DNA from: Bugula neritina
Lineage: Eukaryota; Animalia; Bryozoa
Assembly: GCA_964035545.1 (NCBI GenBank)
Contig: OZ037773.1
Span: 4,927,751-4,991,750, forward strand
Direction: 5' to 3'
DNA: 64,000 nucleotides
The notes below the pieces were generated by a model. It saw only the letters and a list, made by a program, of their open reading frames with translations, did no database searches and was not told the DNA's origin. Position 1 is the first letter of the stretch, and each line of letters opens with the position of its first letter. Position numbers and translations under genes: made by a program. Shown here piece after piece: positions 13,665 through 26,600 of the stretch.

Positions 13665-15489
13665 CAGGGATGTAGTGGTACCCATACGGTCCCATACGCC
13701 GTATGGCCTAGAAGAAAATAGGCTGTTCTTGGCCATACGCCCGTATGGGCATATATTTTTTGAAAGTGTTACTGATTAGTGCACAGGATAGTTAGGGCAT
13801 CCTCACTGAGAATATCATAAATTTCGCTCACAATCTAGTTTAAGTTCTTGTTATGTTAATGCTATGTGGGTGGCATGCGTGTTGCCTACTTGTGATTGTT
13901 TAGCCTGAGATTACACTATGAATAATAAGCAGCCAATGAACTCAATAATTATTCCAGCTCAGTGTAAGCAGCTGTCAACATTCCATCTTTTCATCTCTAC
14001 GTATTCACTGAAGCGCGAAGTGCTGCGCATTAGTGATTACTAAGGAAAAAATATTTCATTTTCAGTGTATAAATCACTAATTTGTAGAAAATCTATGAAG
14101 GCTATTGAAAAGATAAAAAAGTTTGCTATGCATAAATTTCTCAGGTTTTCGACAGTGTTTGTTTTATTTGAATACTATGCTTTCCTGCTGAGATATTTGG
14201 CAGGGATTGAAAAATAAACTTTTCAGGTAAAATTGGCCAAAATAGTAGATTTTTGTCTATAACCTTGCAAAAAAAATATTGAAAATTCGAAAAATCAGGT
14301 GCTCTGAGAAACAGGAAGATCTAAAACATAGTTTTTAAATTTTAATTCTAGCACAATTAAGTATGGTTTTATTTGGCGGGACTGAATTCTTATAATATAC
14401 CAATAATGTGGCCTCAGCAAGGCAGTGTCAGCTAGAAAGTTGCCATTATTTATCTTGTGTGGACTTGCATTTTGTCAATAAGCAATGAAATTTGGAAAAA
14501 AACCAACATGAAATCCAGAAATAAAATCAAAATGTCTTCAGGAAACGGTACCAGGTGTGTAGGAGAGGTTAACGAAAATTTATCACTGAGGTCTACAGGT
14601 ACTATATCCACATTTTGGTTGCGTTATTCCATGTTAATTATCAATGCAATGAGGTTTTGCAAACTGTACACCACCATAAGTAACCTTTTATGTTTGATTG
14701 TACTAACGTCTGGCTTTACATTTAATCTTCTTCTAGGTTAACACATATTGAACCTGTCAAATTTGTTCTTTTGGGTATATTTCCTTGATGTGTCAAGTGG
14801 AAGCTCAGGGGTTTTACTTTAAAACCAAGTTAACATACTCCTCTTTGGTGTGCTTTATTGTGTGCAAGGAGGTGCGGTGGTATCTCCTTATGGATTAGAC
14901 TAGTATACTCTAATAAACTCCAACTAGGTTTTCAACCAATTTCTGCTTGCCAATGAGTTATCAATTCAAATTGCTCTTTATAAATAACCAACACACATTT
15001 TCTGATTTGCAATCTTCCTCTGTTCTGTTCTATAATTCTTTTTCTGTGCACGTCAGTGTATTAGATATTTGAAGTAATCAGGTTACATTTGGAGAGCACT
15101 TGTTACCTGTCTCTATCCTTCCATATTTTTGAGATCTTCAGCAATTTTTCTGTACAGGTTTGACTTAGTGTCAGTTGAGTAAGACTACATTTAAAATTAC
15201 AGTCAACAGGTATGGGACAATACTGAATATTTATATAGTTTGCAGCAATGCCCAGTCGTCATGTAGCTGGTACGGTATGAAAATAATAGTGAGGTGCACA
15301 TTTCAACACAGATTTTTTTCAGAAGAATTAGAATTCACAATGGCTTTAAATTGCATAAATTTGCATCAGAAGCGCTCTGAGGGCTTCGGCGGCCGGGGCG
15401 CTGCCCCGGACCCCGACGGGGGCCTGGGCGGCCCCCTGGACCCTCGGCCTGAGAGTATGGCCTAGAATATTTTTGCCACTACATCCCTG
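13665..15489. mobile_element. Non-autonomous hAT-type DNA transposon, 1825 bp
   Basis: Perfect 14-bp TIRs CAGGGATGTAGTGG (13665-13678) and CCACTACATCCCTG (15476-15489). 8-bp TSD GGGATGGA at 13657-13664 and 15490-15497. Subterminal motif gtatggcctagaa occurs near both ends, with a GC-rich block at 15380-15450. No intact transposase ORF. Confidence 0.92.
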
Positions 15490-16484
15490 GGGATGGATGA
15501 TAGTGAATTGCTAATTATCATTGTTTCATTACTCCAAATGAATAGCTAGCAACTGGTGTCTGCATAATGGTAGCCATAAATTAATAAGCAATACAATTAC
15601 AGCTATCTATAGTAACATTATTAGTCTTACTAGAAATTCCTTAGCACTGGCTGCATAAATGCTTGTATAAATAGAATTCACATAAATATTAAGCCGATGC
15701 CAACATTATTCAAGAATTTTTTATTGTATTATCTATAGGCAATAGTGTAACACTTCAAAAGAAAACTCTATAAAATTATCAAAAAAATAAAGCAATTCCT
15801 TAAAATACAATATAATATTTGTTATATACGAATTGCCATCATGTATACAGATCCTAACTCAGTCAAACACAAGAATAACTAAACAGCTGTGAAGTGATTA
15901 AACATGTAAGTAAAATTTAGTAAGAATTTTTTAGAATATATGATTATTTAAACATAAAATATAATATTTGTATTATAGATTCAAGCACCATACCTACCTA
16001 ACAGGGATATATTTAAAAGGATTATTATTTAGCAAATTCATTAACATATTTTATGAGAAAATTGATAGCTTCAGATTTTATAGAATGCATCTCAAAAGTT
16101 GTTTCAATTATGCAACGCCAAAAGAGCAACATACTTGCTTCTACCATTTCAACTATATATAAATTTTGACCAAGGGGTAAACTAAAACTATTGCGAAATA
16201 TAGAATAGTAAGCGTTGAAATAATTGCTACCTACACTTACAGCAGCAATTTAATCCAGTATGATAAAATTGTCAAGTTACTTTATGCCCTAAATACTACG
16301 CACAACAAAACTGTTAGTTTATACCGGAAGCTGAGAAAGCAAAATAGTACTAGTTAATTTTGAACCATCACCGAAAGAAATTACTTCACCATTTTTACGG
16401 TTATAAAGAAAAGAGTGTTATTTCTATAAATTATCAGAATTGTAATTTGTTTTATTGCAGACTTCAAAAGCAAAACCTTGACCT

Positions 16485-18105
16485 TTAGTGTAAGCAATTG
16501 TGTAGTTGTATGGCAGCGACAATTGCGGCAGCAAGACAAAGGATGGTGGACACGCAGGCTATCCCGTAAGACCATCCCAGATACGGCACATGCACTCCAA
16601 ACACAATCACAGCAATAAGCAGTAGAGTAACTGTAAGATAAAAGACTATCTGCAGTGTAAATATAAAAAAAGACTATCTGCAATGTAATTATATCAGAAA
16701 AGATTATCTGCTGTTCAAATTTAAGAGAAAAGAAAATCTGCAATATAAAGATAAGAAAGGGGTATACGCAGCATAACTATAAATACGAATACAACGAAAG
16801 ATTGTCAGTAGTGCAATCAATCAAAATGAGGAATGTTGCTAACTCAACCATACAACTGATGAAAGAATGAAAGTTTATGTTTGATGTAAATGTAACATGG
16901 CAGACGTGAGAGGTTACTTATTAACCAAGCAACTGATCAAAAGGGATACAAAAACTACGCATCACACAAGGCCTTTGGGACATTAAACATTACTCACTGA
17001 TATGTCAATTACATGCAACTGGTTTATGCTAAAATTTATCATCTTTTTGAAATATTGTCAACTGTTTCCGAAGTACTTTTGAAATAATTTAAACGCCAAA
17101 TAACTGTAAAATAAAGAGTTATCACTCTTGCATCCACAGCTTTACCTATGAGCAGCTTTACCAAACTTCACATATCATTCTTGAACTTACATTACATGCT
17201 TACAATATATAACGTGAAATGAGTGTAAATTCTCAAAATTGAACGCAGGTGAAATTGGGCACTGAAATAATTAAAGAGTTTACTATACCGTCCTGTACTA
17301 TACTATACATAAACTATACTATACACTTCCTGTACTAATGGATAATACACACTGTACATTGATTATACTTTCCTATAATACTTACATGTGATAAAGCTAG
17401 TAATCACAAGTCCAAGTAGCACTTGATATTTGCTGATGGCAGTAGCAAACAAATAAAGGAATACCAGGATAACTATAACCACCACACCAACCAGAGCCAG
17501 GCACATCAATATCTGAGTGGCCAAGTGGTAACCAGAACCTAAGGTTGCAAAAGAGAAATGCAAAATCAGGAGAAGTCAAAATAGAAATTCAAATACTTAT
17601 TTGCCTTAGCTTTTCCTTTAAAAACCAGATACATTGGAAAACTCCAGCCCTTGGAGTCAGTGTTGTTTTAGGTTTTATGTAATTACTCTCAATCATAAAC
17701 ATGAAGTTCACCAAATTCCACCAAAGTGACACAACACCTGAGTATTATTAAACACAGGCTTACTGACTGGTGGACACACAGCACAGGAACAGGTAGATGC
17801 TCAATAGATACATAAAACTGTATATATCAGAAGCAGAAACAACGGCAAAGCTGTTACGTATAATTATAACAAGTCTTACTAGAGGATATAGTGTGGCATT
17901 GCTCCCATAGTCCAAGGTGACTTCCATAGAAGCTAGACAGACGAGTCCTCCATCCCGATGTGGTGAAGGAAATAAGAAATGTTAGAAAACATAAAAGAAC
18001 AAGTATAAGTATAGCCCCAGCTCTTCCGTGTAGACTCAGATCATGGTGTGTGGTGCGTTGGGTCACCCTGGCACCCGTACTAACAGTTGTGACAGTTGTA
18101 GGCAT
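16485..18105 (-). CDS. Claudin/PMP22/EMP-family tetraspan membrane protein
   Basis: Exon ~17858-18105 has TM1 followed by W..GLWEQC..C, the first-loop motif. Exon 17386-17538 encodes ATQILMCLAL..TM2/TM3. Exon 16485-16630 encodes LLIAVIVFG..LGWSYGIACVSTILCLAAAIV. The phase of the exon1-exon2 junction is not cleanly resolved. Confidence 0.85.
16630..16750. repeat. Degenerate ~29-bp tandem repeat abutting the last claudin-like acceptor
   Basis: About 4 copies of an aaagactatctgcagtgtaaatata-like unit. Confidence 0.6.
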
Positions 18106-18189
18106 TCTCTCTTGTCAACAGCTATTTTCTGTTAACACAAAAATACGTTAATCATTGTTTTCCTTTGCTCTTTAAACTTGAATCTGTAA

Positions 18190-18618
18190 GCGTAGGGCCA
18201 CACGATGCGTTTTTACACGTTCGTGACATGTGAGAAAACCCGTTCGGACATGCCACACACAATGCGTGTGTTGCGAGTGAGGAAATTTATTAGCTAATGA
18301 TGCTAGCGTTGAACTTTACTGCTCGCCTACAGACGCTTGTTTATAAAACTACGCCATCGGCAAAGTGACTAGATATTACAAAAGCGGAAATGCAAATTAT
18401 ATGAAACTGTTTTAATTCAGTTTGCTAAAAGCTTAAACGTAAATTGAAATAAAAGTGTGCTCGCTAAATGATAATGAGCCAATTAGATCAAACACGCACG
18501 AGCTTGCCACCCTTCTCGCTCAGCATGTTAGACGCGTGAAAATCTTGCTCTCATTTTTGGGCTATACAGGTTTTCTCGCACGTCACAAATGTGTAAAACG
18601 CGCTGTGTGGCCCTACGC
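18190..18618. mobile_element. MITE, PIF/Harbinger-like, 429 bp
   Basis: ~50-bp imperfect TIRs starting GCGTAGGGCCACAC and ending GTGTGGCCCTACGC, flanked by TAA at 18187-18189 and 18619-18621. Confidence 0.85.
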
Positions 18619-19009
18619 TAATATATTACATGCAGCTTATGTAAAAGTACTCTTTTTATTTCAACACAAGTGTACAGCATGCGGCAAATGGCATGATAAC
18701 ACATTAAAAATACTGTAACTCTGATTCTACAACTGCAAATCATATAATTAATCATTCATTGTAAATATGAGACCAACTTTAATCTAATCCAACTTGACAG
18801 TATATAACTTAGAAAAATGAAACATGTCTAAAGTGAAAACTTCACTTCAGGCAACTATGCATATAATAATAAAGTTAGACTGAATAAAATTGCAATGAAT
18901 AAAGAATACATATATTGCATTGTTTCATGAATTACTGTAGTTGGTATTCAAACAGATATATTTTCGCAAAATTTCTAAACAGTCGAGCATGATTTTTAGA
19001 AAAAAGAGT

Positions 19010-20060
19010 ACAGTAATAATGGCTATCACTATGAATATTAGTATTATTACTAACCTGTTACTATTGGACTTAATATGAAAAATCAGTATTAGTATTACTG
19101 ACAGACACTGTTACTGTAGTCTGTAAGTGTATGAGTATCAGTATCAATATGAGAATCAGTAGGACTATGAGTAGCCTATAACTATAAGTGTAATATGTAT
19201 AATACTAATACTCTAATAGTGTATAAATATTTCTATTACTGAGTATGATTATTCAGTATTTCTAGTTCTTACAGTTACCCAGTGTACTTATAGCTAGCTA
19301 TAGCCTATACCTATCACAGTCACTTCTACCACCTAGTTTTAATACTCACACTATCAGTATCACTATGAATATAAGTAATACTAATACTTAAAGTTAGAGT
19401 CAATACGATAATTATTATCATTATAAATGTAGTGATTTTAATTTTAATTGAAATAAAAACTATATCATTATAATTTACAATCACATGTATACTAATACTG
19501 TATTATTATTGATACTATTAATATAATTATATCAATAATATTAATATTATCATTTAACATTAATATTATTATTAATTACCAATACAATACCAATAGTTAT
19601 ACTTATACTTATAGTAATCAGTATAGCAAATAAAATAACGGTATAGTTATAATTTAAACTAAAGTCTTAAAGTATCACTATAAGTATAAGTATAAGTATA
19701 AGTATAAGTATAACTATAACTATAAGTATCAGTATCACCATCAGTATGCGTAAAAGTAAAACTACAAGTAAAACGTAAACTAAAAGTAAAAGTAATAATT
19801 ATAATATTACTATTAGTATTAGTATTACGGTATTAGTATTATAATAATAATTATTATTATAGCATTATATTTAATTTTATTAATACTAATAGTAATAGTA
19901 ATAGTAATACTAAATCTAATAGTAATACTAATACTAATACTAATAGTAATAGTATTAGAAATATTATTGCTTATACTAGTTAATAAAAGTTATACTATGA
20001 CAGTATATCATTAACTACAAGTATAAGCACTGTAATACTACAATTATAATATAATATAAT
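19010..20060. repeat. AT-rich low-complexity region with degenerate TAGTAA/TAAGTA hexamer repeats
   Basis: (TAAGTA)n at ~19680-19725 and (TAGTAA/TACTAA)n at ~19880-19955 lie within a wider degenerate tract. Confidence 0.8.
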
Positions 20061-21517
20061 TATTTAAGCAGGGTGATGGTTATTTCCTCAACATTTGCTA
20101 CACCAACGTGATTAAAATAATATTTCGGTTTGGAAGTTAACCGTATATTCGAAACCATGAGGCACAGGCTATTATGATTACCGACTAATCACCAAGTGAC
20201 TTTCTTGAGATTTGACAATCAAGGAAGCTAGAGAACGTCTAAAAGAAATATGAGAGTTAATACTATTTTAGTCCGAAATACGACAGCAGTTAACGGATAT
20301 AAAATTACTAACAAATCACAATAGTATAGCTGCTATAGCATTCATAATTATTATTATTGTTATTATATCACGTCGAATAATTGAAAAAAAAACATTAACA
20401 GCAACCCAAATTAGTAGTTATTTTACAAAATAAGACATGTCTTGGCTCTTGTTTATGATTGTCCTATTGTAGTAATAGTATTGATAATAATATTTTTATT
20501 TCATATCAACCAGGTTTGTTTGAAGACCTAAGTTGGAGCCCAGAGTTCGAGGTAGGCGTGTCTTATGAAGTAAAAGTCAAATGCCAGGCCTCAATCCTCC
20601 AATCAAGTTTTTGGACTGCATAATAGCGATTTCTATTGCTTTACAAATCAATCATTACACATATTGCGTGCTGGCCTGTCACCTATAAACTGCAACAATA
20701 ATCAAATTATTTAGTCCTTGTATATCTGGAAGCTACATAAAAAAGTTATTGTTGAAATTGAACACAACAAATTACCAAATAATATATTTATATTCATAAT
20801 CAAATTGAGGATGTAAAAATATTTTTCACTTGAAAACAGCTGCGAAAATCATTGTTGACCTGTGCAAGTTGTTAGTGAAGGTTACCTAAAATCTCCCTAT
20901 GCTTCAGAAATATATATTTCATTTACAAAAGCCTCTCCGTACACGATTACCATATCACTAATAACTTAGTAGTTATAGTGACAAGTTTTTTAGTTGTTTG
21001 TCAAAAACACTTTAACAAATGAGTGAAAAGCATATTAGTACGTTTGTCATTAATTACAGACCAAATGAAACCAGGTACTTTTATTTTGTTGTTTTAAGCC
21101 TCCAAGTCTTTTTAAATATTTATAATTGACTGTTGGTTATATAACCTATGATGCCTTTTGATTCTCTCCAGGGCTAGAGTAACTTGAGCATACCTAAATC
21201 AATATGTGACACTTTTATCGTAACTTGTCAGGTAATGCCTATAAGCAATTGTATCTTAGAAAAAAAATCAAAGCTCTATAACTCAAAGTTTCATCAAAGT
21301 CATTGTACCATCTATATTATCTACTAAGAATGCCTATCATCACCATACAATTTGTTCCAGCATGCTCTTACGAAAATAGCATTTTAGCATTCTTCCTTCA
21401 AGTAGTTAACTTGATAAAGTTGCGGACAAGGGCTCCACACTGTCAATAAAATGGTGCTGCAAAGGTTGAAACTTCAGTATTGGTGTGTATGTCAGAATCG
21501 TTCCATAAGAAACTTTA

Positions 21518-21646
21518 AGTTAGGGGTGATTGAGTGCAGTAGTTTGAGATTCTTGAGTTTTGAGTTGGCGGGTTAAATTAGAATTTGAAACCCCTATAAC
21601 TCTAAACTAGAGAATCTCAAACTATTGCACTCAGACACCCCCAACT
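21518..21646. repeat. Long imperfect inverted repeat (~55-bp arms)
   Basis: Left arm ggggtgattgagtgcagtagtttgagattct pairs with right arm agaatctcaaactattgcactcagacacccc around a short central loop. Confidence 0.85.
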
Positions 21647-22904
21647 CGAAGCTGTTTATATAATAGTTCTGTATGCTTTTCTCTTGACCAAAATATAATG
21701 GTTAGCTAAATAATTACAATTTACATAGCTATTTCAAACTTGTTACAAGAGAAGACGATAAACTGAAAAACATGTCCTATATTATCAACAGCACACACTT
21801 ACCTCTAAGCTCCAATACAGTACATCTACCTCAAACAGTGTGAACTATACGTAGATATGCGTATAATAAATTACTACAACTTCAGTAGCTGACATATAAA
21901 TCTACTCACTGCCAACCAATTTAGCAGCGTACACTGAACTATGCTACCTCTTTAACTACACCTGCACATCCCCAACTATAACTAAATTGTAGCATTTATA
22001 TTAGCACAATGTTTTGTGCCTAATGAGCTGCAACAGCCTGCAGTGAAGTTAGTGGCATTCTTAATAATTTATAATAGATTTAATAGCACGAACTATGTAA
22101 TGCCCTGCCAGTGTATTGTGTGGTAGTTCAACATGACGGTACAGTATGATATAATAAGTGCATCTGCAGTTAGCATCTCCATTTGTAATGGATAATATAA
22201 TATTATGATCAACTTCTATGACTAATAAAAGATAAATGGAGGAGATATAGCAGACTATCAGCAATAGAAAATAACAGGTCTAAGATGGGGAGGGGATCAG
22301 CCCTCACCATCACTAATCATAGGCTGTCCTAAAAATAAGGCTAAATAATGAGCTCATTACTAAGAACTCACTCTACACTATATTAAAGATCTTTAATCTA
22401 TAACATTGATGTAGTTAGCTGTGTTTGGAATTAAACAAGTGCTACAGATAAAAAGTTATTGTAGCAAATACAATTATAGTTACACAATCTAGGTTATAAT
22501 TCAAGAGAGTATAAAATAAATTGAAAATAATATACCTCAAGTGAAGGGAAAATTTTTATACAACATCTATCAATTGTTGGGGCACAAGTTCCCCACCCGC
22601 CTACTGATGACTGTTAAATCCTTAGTCTTCTGGGACTTAAATACAGGTAAACTATCAATTATATAGCCAGGAATCAAGTGATTATAACGCATTGAATTGG
22701 TTTGAGTTTCTGATCAATTTTAGCTTTTTAGACAAACTTGTTAGAGGATTCGTATGATCTTGGTATTTCTTGATACAAACTTGTAGTTGGTTTTGGTTTT
22801 CTGTACAAATAAGGAATGTAAATAAGGAGTGGGGGAAGGGGGAAGGGGAGTTATCTGAACTATAGTTATAAGCATTAGTAATATAAAGTACTTAGTAGTT
22901 CAAT

Positions 22905-23055
22905 ATAGTGTAGTAGTGATATAGTATATAGTAGTGATATAGTATATAGTAGTGATATAGTATATATAGTAGTGATATAGTATATTATAGTAGTGATATA
23001 GTATATAGTAGTGATATAGTGAAGTAGTGATATAGTGATTCGAAGTAGTGATATA
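22905..23055. repeat. ~18-20-bp minisatellite (tagtagtgatatagtata)
   Basis: About 7 visible tandem copies. Confidence 0.9.
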
Positions 23056-23693
23056 CGGTAGTGGATTTTAGTGTTGTGTATCTTGTAATATATTCTGTTA
23101 CATTGTGTATATTGTGTAATATATAATAATATAGTATATTTTTTGTTAAAATTTATAGTGTATTATGTAATAGTGTATTGTGCAATTTCATAAAATAATT
23201 ATAAAGAAGTAATAGGATCTTAATAGGGGAAAATATCTAAAAAGAAACTAATTTCTTATTTAAAATTGCTCGACTAAAGGTTGTTGAAAAACAGAGTCTT
23301 ATTTACAGGAGCATAAATTGTTTTTATAAATTTTCATAAATAGCAAAAAATTAATTTTATTCATTCTTTAATATTATGCAAAAATAAAATTAATAATTAA
23401 TTATAATAAATTAGTTATTTGTTAATTTGCTGATAAATACTTTCCATAGTTATTATAGATAATTAATTGAATTTTGCTTTCAAAAAAATTTGAAAAGCGA
23501 TATACATACATGACAAAAGTTGTGTGCATTCATTTTCTTAATGTTATTCAGTGGGTAGTAAAATTACTTATACTAATTGTTGCTTCTAGTTACAAAACAA
23601 CAAGTCTCTACTCCGTATCTAGCTTACATTATACTTCATGCTTAGTTACAGTGCAACCTCGTTGTCATGCACTTGGCGTATGCATGCTGGCTT

Positions 23694-26600
23694 TTAAGTC
23701 TCGCTGCTGTAGGTCTTTGGAGAGAAACTTAAAGTGAGGTTGGGCAGACTCCCGCCCCTAATCTTGTTTATTATGAAAATGATGAGAACACCCAGACCGA
23801 TACCAGCTACCAGGAAGGCAATGGCTATTCCAGCAGCAGCACCTGAAATTATACAACAAAGTTTAATTAAATATTGCTTAGCATAATGCTTAATAAAGTT
23901 ATAAGCTTGTATAAAACTTTCTACCTTGGTTCCTGTAATGTTTGTATATATGTTTACTAAAGCTATGTTTATATTATCCCATGACTTATTATATACCTTA
24001 TATTATGGAATCATAACAACAATCCCAATACTAACGGCCATACCTTTGCCATTTTTATTGAGTTACAAAGAATTGCTTACCATAACTAAATAGTGCATGC
24101 TGGTTTTTAAAGACTTTTCAAATTATCCAAATGCGTGCATCCAATATAATATTATAAGTTTATAACTCTATTTATTTAATAAACTCTTAACAATTTCCGT
24201 GGAGTTGTCTTTTCACTGAAAAGTTGAACTTCGTCTCAATTTTTCTATAGGGTATTAGGATGCTAAACAGTGTTAAATGTTTATTGGAATTAATTTTTTC
24301 TAGCAAAATATAAACCATTTAAATTTTATTTACGCGTGGCACTAGTCTTAGCAAAAATTATCTTTCTTGAAATTTTAAGAGTTATTGAACATTTAAAATG
24401 TAATATTTAATTGTTTTTACCCTTTGTAATTTTTTATTGTATGGGAGTAGACAAGGATTACAAAAGCCAACAATTCTTTTTTCAACCTTGACTTATAACA
24501 ACACGTGGTATGCAGTTCAACCGTGCATGATGGTTGAAGTTTACCTGCTAACATCTTAGTTTACTGCACGTCATGTAAGTATACTATACGTTAATTTTGA
24601 GTATACAGCTCTAAAACATAATTTATTATGAAAAGCTTATAAAAACCCGTCACCATTATTGGTTAAATCAACAATACAGCCACATAAATGCGACATACGT
24701 TGCTATGCTGACGTTAAATGATTGAGTCATTCCAGTTGTTATTATATTGTAGTCATGACTACTCACCTGCATCTAGTTTAATGACAGGAACTTCCTTCAC
24801 TGTCGTTACAGTCACAGTCTTTGTGACTGTGACAGTGTTGTTGATGTATCTAACTGTAGTACCATTCGCAAGATGTGCTATAGTATTCGGGATGGCAGAG
24901 ATTGGTCTCAGCTATAACATAGAATGCTGCATAGATTAGGTTTATGATAGTAAGACACTATGAATGTCACTGCAGCTCATCTATTGCAAATGTAAGTTAT
25001 TTTTAAAAGATGACACACTATTTATTAAAGTATTCTGTGCTAATTCCAGCTTACAGCTGGCATTCATGTATATTATATTTATATTTAAAAGCTGGTAAAT
25101 ATTAATGAATTTTTATATTAGAAAGTTAAATTTATATCAAAGTAATTATATGTCACTTTTTCAATGTTTCAAATCATTTTTTTAGGAAATATAGTTGAAC
25201 AAAATATAAATTATAATTACTTTATTTTAAAGCCACAAGCAAATTTTTAAACAATATTTACAACCTGCTAAGCTAAAAACTGTTTCTTTGAGCCCAAAAA
25301 TTGCAACTATGATTTCATGATCATATATAATTTCATCATTATAGTAGGTCATTATTGACATGCATTTTACCAACTTTCAAATAGTTTTATCAAAATCAAA
25401 AGTTAAAAATTGCCAAAAACTTTGACCAAATAAATACTTAATGTTTATAACTAAGACTTACCGTCCCGTCACCTATTGATCCAGTTTCAACAATAAAGTC
25501 ATTAGTAGTAATAGCCTTGTCGAGAGCTGCAATGGCGTTAGAAGTGGAGACAAGATACTTGGCGGGTAGACGGTCTATAGTACTTCCTTGTATTGTGGGC
25601 GGATCCAGGATCTGGAAACTGACTCTTATCTCGTTTCTGGTATCAGATTTCTCCCACTATAGTAAATGGACATCAAATTAAGCAAAATATTATCACACAA
25701 TATACTATGTTGGCCTCATCACATATATAATGTAACTGGTGATATATATATAAAGCAATAGTTTTGTTTAAATAAAATAGATGAACTTTATACAAATTAC
25801 CTAACTATTCTATTTGGACTTACATTTATGTTATTAACTCTGATAGGAGAGATTCCAAGATAACCAATCACAGATATAAGGAGCCAATAGTGAAACTCCT
25901 CTCTGTGCATTTCAATGCGTTCCGCTTGATCTCCTTCAATGTAGAAATGCACGTTTGACTTTTGATCGTCACGGAAACAGTTTCCAACATCAAAGACCCA
26001 AGGATTAGGCTCATCTTCATTGAAGTCAAAGATGTTATACGTTATTGTGTAGCCCAGACTCTAAAATGTAAAACATAATTTTATCCTAGAAAATACAAAG
26101 TTGTAAAAATATAAATTGTTTAAAGTTCCTTATAATTATAGTTTAAAGTAGCAACAAATAAAACCTAATTTTTGCCTAATAAAATTTTTTCTAAAAAGTA
26201 ATGCATGGCAATACATGCGTTGATGACAAATTAAATTTGTAGAAAATTGTTTTTGGCTTAATGGATTATATTTTCAACGCAATATTAGTTGTAATACTTG
26301 ATAGAAAATTTTGCCTAATCTATAGAAATAGGCACAATTGAAGAAATAATGTATTTTTTGCAATTGCTGTAAATAATATATTGTGAGTAAAACTGCATTG
26401 ATCAGCATATCTTTAGGATACAGCATTTTATTTAAAAAATACTTAAAACTGTTTCAACTTCTTGCAACATTTGTTATATTAATTACATGTGGTGAATTAT
26501 CATACTTAAAATTGTTATTTATTTAATGGAGTTTTTCAAGACTGCTAAAAATATTTGAAACTACCATGTCTTATAAAAAATAAATATGTTTTATCATGTA

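Noticed and set aside
14457-15465. ORFs inside the hAT-type element as a transposase
   Set aside because: Short, with no recognisable DDE, BED or dimerisation motifs.
16381-16743. 120-aa Cys-rich minus-strand ORF
   Set aside because: Wrong frame over the last claudin-like exon; the other frame gives the TM and GWSY motif.
19010-23400. Possible hidden gene in the gap between the claudin-like gene and gene A
   Set aside because: Only low-complexity sequence and short ORFs without motifs or consistent splice structure were seen. Non-coding exons cannot be excluded.
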